A stretch of 64,000 nt of DNA from Eledone cirrhosa (Eukaryota): assembly GCA_964016885.1 (NCBI GenBank), contig OZ024740.1:363196001-363260000 (forward strand), given 5' to 3'. How positions within the stretch are numbered: position 1 is the stretch's first letter; each line of letters starts with the position of its first letter. A program made the position numbers and the translations under genes. The notes under the pieces were generated by a model. That model was not told where the DNA came from. It worked only from the letters and a program-made list of their open reading frames with translations, and searched no databases. Positions 57,995 through 64,000 of this stretch are shown here, piece after piece.

Positions 57995-58136
57995 TAGAAG
58001 TGGTTACAAAACAGTTAGTTCACCATACCGAGAACAATTGTTTCACCTTAGCGGATCTTCAGCTCGAGCTGAAGATCCGCTAAGGTGAAACAATTGTTCT
58101 CGGTATGGTGAACTAAATGTTGTGTAACCACTTCTA
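57995..58136. ncRNA. 142-bp near-perfect palindrome encoding a complete minimal type I hammerhead on each strand
   Basis: Symmetry axis between 58,065 and 58,066 (AGCTC|GAGCT). Plus strand: CGAG-CTGAAGA-TCC-GCTAA-GGT-GAAA-CAATTG-TT-CTCG (58,065-58,102). Identical mirror copy at 58,029-58,066 on the minus strand. Confidence 0.75.
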
Positions 58137-59748
58137 TATATATATATTCAAAATAGAGGATAGAGACAATTGAAAAAATAACAGAAAGACGGACAGTCCC
58201 ATCTCCTCAGTCAACCTCTGGAAATCACTACGGTTTCGGTTATGTATGATCGATATCTTTCATTCCAGTGCATATTGGGACAACGTAACAAAACAGGTAG
58301 ACAAGTAATGCCTTTAAATAAATTGACAATAATAAGGACTGTGGTCCAACGTGCAGACAAAGAAGAGGGACACTGAGGCGAAGAAAAGGCAAGAAGGGAA
58401 AATAGAGGAAAACAGGCCGGGTGGTGTAATGTCTGTTATATGATAGTTTCTCAAAAATGACTAAGTTTTTAGAATATAAATTCAAAGACAATGGAAAAAA
58501 CCAATGGAAAAAAACAACATAAATAATATATATATATACATAAAGAGAGAGATAGAAAGTGGAGTGGGGGAGATAGACAGATAGATAGATAGATTATTTT
58601 TTGCAGCATTGTGCAACAAACTCTTTCTCTTGTGACATTTGGTAATTCTTGAGAAAATTTCTTCGAATTTCTTTGTTTTAATTATAGGAAATTACGATTG
58701 GTTCAAAGGTATGGTTTAGAATTTAATTGTTAATGTTTAGTGCTAGTATCTATGGCGGATTGCGAGTGGGGCTGGTTGGACTGTATCCAGGAGACCACAA
58801 TTTTTAAAGGGCCCCTAATTACATTTTTGCTATCATAAATAATACGCAAAGGCCCTATGTAAGTTTAATTCGCTGCTGGTTAGCTAATAAGGTTCGGTTT
58901 TATTGCTATGGTTAGAAAGTCAAGGTTAGGATTAAACTTTAGTGAGTATAGTTAGGATAAGGGTTTGGGGATAAGGATTAAGCTTATGTTTATTGTATGT
59001 TCCGTTACTACTAATAAAATGATACCCAAATCTTCATAGTCATTAGCCTTCTAAACAAACAACATTTCAAACCAGTCAGATCAACAATGACCACACCCAC
59101 ATGCACAGCTATATAAACAAAAATTTCTTGGGAAAAGAAACTGACAATAATTAAGATTAATTGTGCTTTCATTAAGCAGAATAAGATTTAGATTAGGTTT
59201 ATGAATGTCTAAAGAGTTTCGGTTACTTGAGCGGGAAGGTTTTAGATTAAAGAAACTACGTAATACGAGGACTGGTACATGATGACGTCCGTAATTGGTG
59301 CAGGCTGGTTGTTGCGCCAGAAGGGTTAGGATTTGATTTTCAAGAACGTGTATGATTTTTTTATTTTTCCTTATGTGGTATGGGTCAAGTGAGGGGGAGG
59401 TATGTAGGTTTGTGGATTCGTTTGCTTGAGTTCGTGGCTACTTTGGTTTGTTCAAGTTAAGATAATTGACAGTCTTAGTTACTTATATGTACGTCATGCC
59501 TAGATATCAGGTGGACTGGATTCCCTGCTGACAGGCATACATTTCCTGTTGTGGGATCGACTGTTATTGTATTTGTGTTTGTAGATAACATTGGGGAGCG
59601 CACGAAAATTTTCTTTTTCTTTTGTGTTATAGGGCTGGTGAAGGGGATCGGTTATAGATTTATAGTTTACGTTTTCTTGAGTTTGTCGTTAGCTAGGGTT
59701 TGTTCTGGGTGTATTCATGTTCAAGCCAAGGGAATTGCTTGTGTGTGT

Positions 59749-59819
<71 letters not shown>

Positions 59820-60008
59820 TGTGTGTGTGTGTGTGTGTATCATTGTTATTATTATATAGAAATGACTTCTACTGGACTAGACCTATGAAAAAGCTCTAGT
59901 CCTGCAGAAGTTATTTGTATAATAAAATAAATATGCCTATACGCTACTAATGTATTGAGTAACTTTTTTAACCGTGGTCACCTCCCGATATACATCGTGA
60001 ATCCACCC

Positions 60009-60086
<78 letters not shown>

Positions 60087-60312
60087 ACCCACTTTCTGTA
60101 AGATGATTAAAATACGATAATTAGCGACCGATATGATTTCTTTAAAACATTTCCAGAACTCCATTAGAGGTAGACCCATGAGTTCTTTTGTTGTGGCTGT
60201 TGGTGTTTAACACAGAGTTAAGCTTGAAGGAGCATACTCATGATCAAAGCGATTCCACCTATGTCCATGCCATCTTATTTTTAAATAAGAAAAAAATAAA
60301 AATGCCGATTTC

Positions 60313-60344
<32 letters not shown>

Positions 60345-60346
<2 letters not shown>

Positions 60347-60475
60347 ATCAATCCCAGTAATGGTAATTTATTTATTGATCTCGAATGGATAAAGGGCAGA
60401 TGAGCGCAGAGAACCGAAACAAATACCGAGATATTTTAATCCGACGCCTTACCAACTCTAATTTGTCGCCTTATT
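60345..60475 (-). mobile_element. Degraded SINE A-related copy
   Basis: AATCAATCCCAGTAATGGTAATTTATTTATTGATCTCGAATGGATAAAGGGCA resembles the reverse complement of the core. Confidence 0.5.
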
Positions 60476-60884
60476 TTAAATGTTAGTTAGTTAGTTCGTT
60501 CCTGTTGCCCTATTTGGACAATTGAGTGAGAGTCATTTCTATAGCAATCTTGATCATTAAAAGTAACGTTACTTAAACCCGTGCTCATCTTTCCTCCTTT
60601 CTCAACACAAGCTAAATACCAACCCAGAATTTCTAAATCAGAGAGGTGGATTCCATAACCCTCGATGGAGGCCCATTCCTGGTACCGTTAGCCAGAGTTA
60701 GTTGTGCCTGTGTCTCATGTAAGACACAGTCACCACACGCTGTAATAATGATTGATGTCACTACTTATTACCGAAGGAACTCTATAACTCTTATTGGAGA
60801 CCAAGTCTAGGTACTGTCAGCAGGAGCCATTGTATAACTTCTTTTTTTATTTGTAATGTTATTTATATAACTATGAATATGGTA

Positions 60885-61390
60885 GGTTGTGATTTAAAAT
60901 AAATTTGGATGTCATATTAATTAGGTCGAGCGACCACATTGAGAACTGCCTCAATGGCTCGTGTTTGCTGTCGTTGTTGCTGTTACTGTTCCTGTTATTG
61001 CTGTTGTTGTGTAGTTCTCTGACAAACTTAATTGAGCAGACATATGTTCAAGTCCTTTTGTAGGTGACATATCTATCAACGACTACATTTTCTACATCTA
61101 TTCCCCTTTTCGAAGATTTTAGTGTATGATTTGAATGCGATGTGATTGCTATTTCTAGCAAGTCAAGCGATCATAGAAGTTTCCTTCGTTGGTTGATTCC
61201 TGCGGTTATTGTCGTCGTTCATTCATGAATGTGTTCTTTTATTTTTTATTTATTTATTTACTTTCTTTTTTTTTTTGTAATTTCTTATCAAATCTAACTT
61301 CCATTATGGTTTAAGATACTATGATATTATTGGAGGGGGATGTGGCTGCTACTCCTAGCAAGTCGAGCGACCACGTAAAGCCTTCGTGGG
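60885..61390 (+). repeat. Short dispersed-repeat fragments (GCTATTTCTAGCAAGTCGAGCGACCAC family)
   Basis: Related motifs at about 60,905-60,945, 61,140-61,190 and 61,335-61,385, and again at about 63,590-63,635. Confidence 0.55.
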
Positions 61391-61534
61391 CTTGTTTCTG
61401 TTGTTGTTTTGTTTTTGCTTTTGTTGTTGTTGCTGATCATTGTTGAACATATTCTGTTGTTTTTATTTTTTTATTTTATTTTATTTTATTTTATTTTATT
61501 TTATGATTTCTTAATAAATTGTCTGGTTATGTGA

Positions 61535-62000
61535 ACACAGCTTAGCTGAATGGTTAAGGAATTTGTTTCCTCGCAATTAAGTCTTGGGTTCACTCCCATT
61601 GCATGGCATCTTTGGCAAGTACCATTTACCATAGCTTCAAATCGACCCATGCCTTGAAAGGGATATTTGGTTGGCGGAAACTTTTAGGAACCCCGTCGGA
61701 TGGACGGTACCTGCAATTCCAAACGTTTGTCACTACTGAATCCTGTTGAGTATTACGTTAACGGTACACATATCTGTGGGATATTCAACCTCTTAGACAA
61801 TAATAAAAGATGGATTGCACCTGTAATTCAAACGGACAGCCTTCACAGGTTGTGTCATGCTGAATATCACTGAGAATTGTGTTAAGGGTATACATATCTG
61901 CGGTATACTCAGCCACTTGCAAGTTAATTACACGAGCAAGCAGTTCTGTTTATCAAACAATATGAACAGTCATCGTTGAAACCGACGGATTTCCATTCCA
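61535..62000 (+). mobile_element. SINE family B with tRNA-like head
   Basis: A-box-like TAGCTGAATGG and B-box-like GGTTCACTCC, followed by TTTGGCAAGT, TGTGTCATGCTG and AACCGACGGA. Confidence 0.65.
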
Positions 62001-62439
62001 TTCCCTGAATTTGCTGAGAGAAACAGGTCTCTAAACTCATTAAAACAGACTAATTACAAAGATCGTTATCAGCGTTCGACAGAAATGTTTATCATGGTGA
62101 TTCAGTTAGGGATTATGAAAAATGAAAGGAAAACCAATATCATTTAATTTTATTTCATTAATTTTTAAAACTAAATCGGGACAATAATTATAGAAGGCAT
62201 TGGATGTTGTCTATTATTTCTTGCGGTGCTGATAGGAGACAAGATGTTTTCCTATAATCCATTTAAATGTTATTGCTATCGATTACTGTAAAATTTTAGA
62301 AAGCAATGTTATCTAACTATATCAAACAAAATTTATACACAAGATTAATCCTTTAGATCCATTATGTCCGTTTAAAACTCAAATGAAACTGATTTATCTT
62401 TGACCGTACAATTCATCCATTATTTCTTTCTAATTGAAG

Positions 62440-62625
62440 AGTGGTGGTTGGCAGAATCAGTAGAGAGCATGACATAATTTTCCGTGATATTTGTTCCAGT
62501 TCTTTAACATCTGCGTTCATATCCCGCCAAAGTCGATTTTACCTTTCATCCTTTTGGGTCGATTAAATAAAGTACAAGTCAAGTTCTGGGATCCATTTAA
62601 TCGACATTCCCATCCCCTCAAAACT
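62440..62625 (+). mobile_element. SINE A-related copy with head
   Basis: TTGGCAGAATCAGTAG head, GCGTTCATATCCCGCC, ACCTTTCATCCTTTTGGGTCGATTAAATAAAGTAC. Confidence 0.7.
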
Positions 62626-62859
62626 GATATGTATAACTTCCATTTAAGCAGATTTAGCTAGTCTCGTACAAAGTTGCGTTTCATAAGACGTTGTTCGGGT
62701 GTTGTAAAGATATGGGCCTCAATCCTATCATGAAGAGCAACGCGTAATGAAGCGCCTTGCTCAAGAACACAACTACCCAGTTCACACATTGAACCGACGA
62801 CGTTATTCTCATGAGTCCCCAACCTCTATGCCATACGCTTAACTGAACGCCTGAGTCGT

Positions 62860-63135
62860 AAATTAACGCGTAAGTGGAGAAGTATTTGACAGGCACGTAT
62901 GCCCTTAACGTAATTCTGAGGTAGAATCAGAGTGATATGATTTGTGACATGACAGGACCTTTGATTCAAAAGTATAATCCATTCGACCGGCTTCCATACA
63001 GTTTCCGTCTGCTCAATTTCCATCACGATACTTCTTACGAGCCCAGGTTATGATAAAGTTACTTGCACAAAATGCCATGTGATGAGACTGAATCCGGGGT
63101 CTCCCGATTGAACTTTTAACCACTCAGTCGTGGCT
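62860..63135 (-). mobile_element. SINE family B copy
   Basis: Reverse-complement blocks GGCTTCCATACAGTTTCCGTC, ACTTGCACAA and GACTGAATCC. Confidence 0.6.
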
Positions 63136-63674
63136 GCATTCATAAACGTATAACGTATCAAAAACCAGTATTAACAGGTTATTCTTAATGAGCCATAATT
63201 ATTGGTCATATGTTTCAAGATTACGAGAAACCAAAGTGGTGTGTACGAGGTAGACGTGGGGTCGTATTAACCCATGATCTAACTCCAAGGTTCTCAACTA
63301 TTTCGGGCACTGTTGGCCACTTAAATATTTAACCCCAACACAAAATAAAATGACAGGTCCCTTGTCCCTGCGAAGCTTATTCAACCTTATGGATAATACG
63401 GCCCTGGAAGAGAATCTTAATGTATATGTGTTGTTTGTGAGTTATTGTTAGTGTTTAGCCTTATGTCTGATATATGAACAAGCCATTCAACCACCATGCC
63501 AACCACGTCCTTTTGTTGGGCATTGTATACCTGGGATTACATTATACAATGTGTTACCCCTTTTCAAGAGAGTAGAGTATATTTTTAGTTAAATGTGATT
63601 GTTATTTCTCACTTGTGGATTGACCACGTAGGAGCTCTTAAGAGATGATAATCGGAAATAAAATCATAGAAAAA

Positions 63675-63910
63675 TACAGGGTGTCCATAAATTATCTTTA
63701 CCATTTGAAAAATTAAGAAGAAAGGAAAAAGTGAATATAACTATATGTAGTCTCTTGGAAAAAATTGGGAAACAAATAAAGTTTTATTAAAAACATCAGA
63801 TCACTTCAAATTGGGATCCATTGGTTGTGCGCTCAATTTCTGACCATGTGCGTTGTAGCATTCTCTCATTAATGGTGGAAGTTGTAAAGATAATTTATGG
63901 ATACGCTCTA
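63675..63910. mobile_element. Tc1/mariner-derived MITE
   Basis: TIRs TACAGGGTGTCCATAAATTATCTTTAC ... GTAAAGATAATTTATGGATACGCTCTA. Confidence 0.75.
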
Positions 63911-64000
63911 TTACACTTTAGGCTAGGAGAAAATGTTTAAATCGAAATTTAATGTTTCCAATGTGTTTTGTTTTTCTAATAGTTTTATAGATATAAGATT

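Noticed and set aside
58205-58275. Minus-strand hammerhead-like relic (TGAAAGA...GAAACCGT between CTGGAA and TTCCAG)
   Set aside because: Core and stems are too degenerate to call as a feature; mentioned only as a weak relic.
58600-64000. Host-gene exons or tRNA genes
   Set aside because: No recognisable protein motif, and the A/B-box-like sequences belong to SINE heads. Small exons cannot be excluded without RNA-seq.

Overview
Eukaryotic, repeat-dominated window with no recognisable host gene. The SINE, microsatellite and retroelement mix suggests a cephalopod (octopus-like) genome; this is an inference. Bases 1-34,560 are a homogeneous 42-bp G-rich tandem satellite (about 820 monomers, open at the left edge) with variant gradients and nested higher-order duplications. 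All of its giant ORFs are artefacts of the repeat. Bases 34.6-64 kb are AT-rich, with microsatellites and many transposon relics: a near-full-length but disrupted L1/Tx1-type LINE flanked by (TTA)n, an RLE-type (R4/Dong-like) LINE 3' fragment, two RTE-type 3' fragments, at least three Penelope-like element (PLE) remnants, tRNA-derived SINEs, MITEs and a 2.3-kb foldback structure with ~700-bp arms. The most notable signal is a set of minimal hammerhead-ribozyme motifs. One is a near-perfect 142-bp palindrome (57,995-58,136) encoding a complete type I hammerhead on each strand; another is a U3/A8 core variant. PLE hammerheads are a known class, so I see no clear evidence of a wholly new system.
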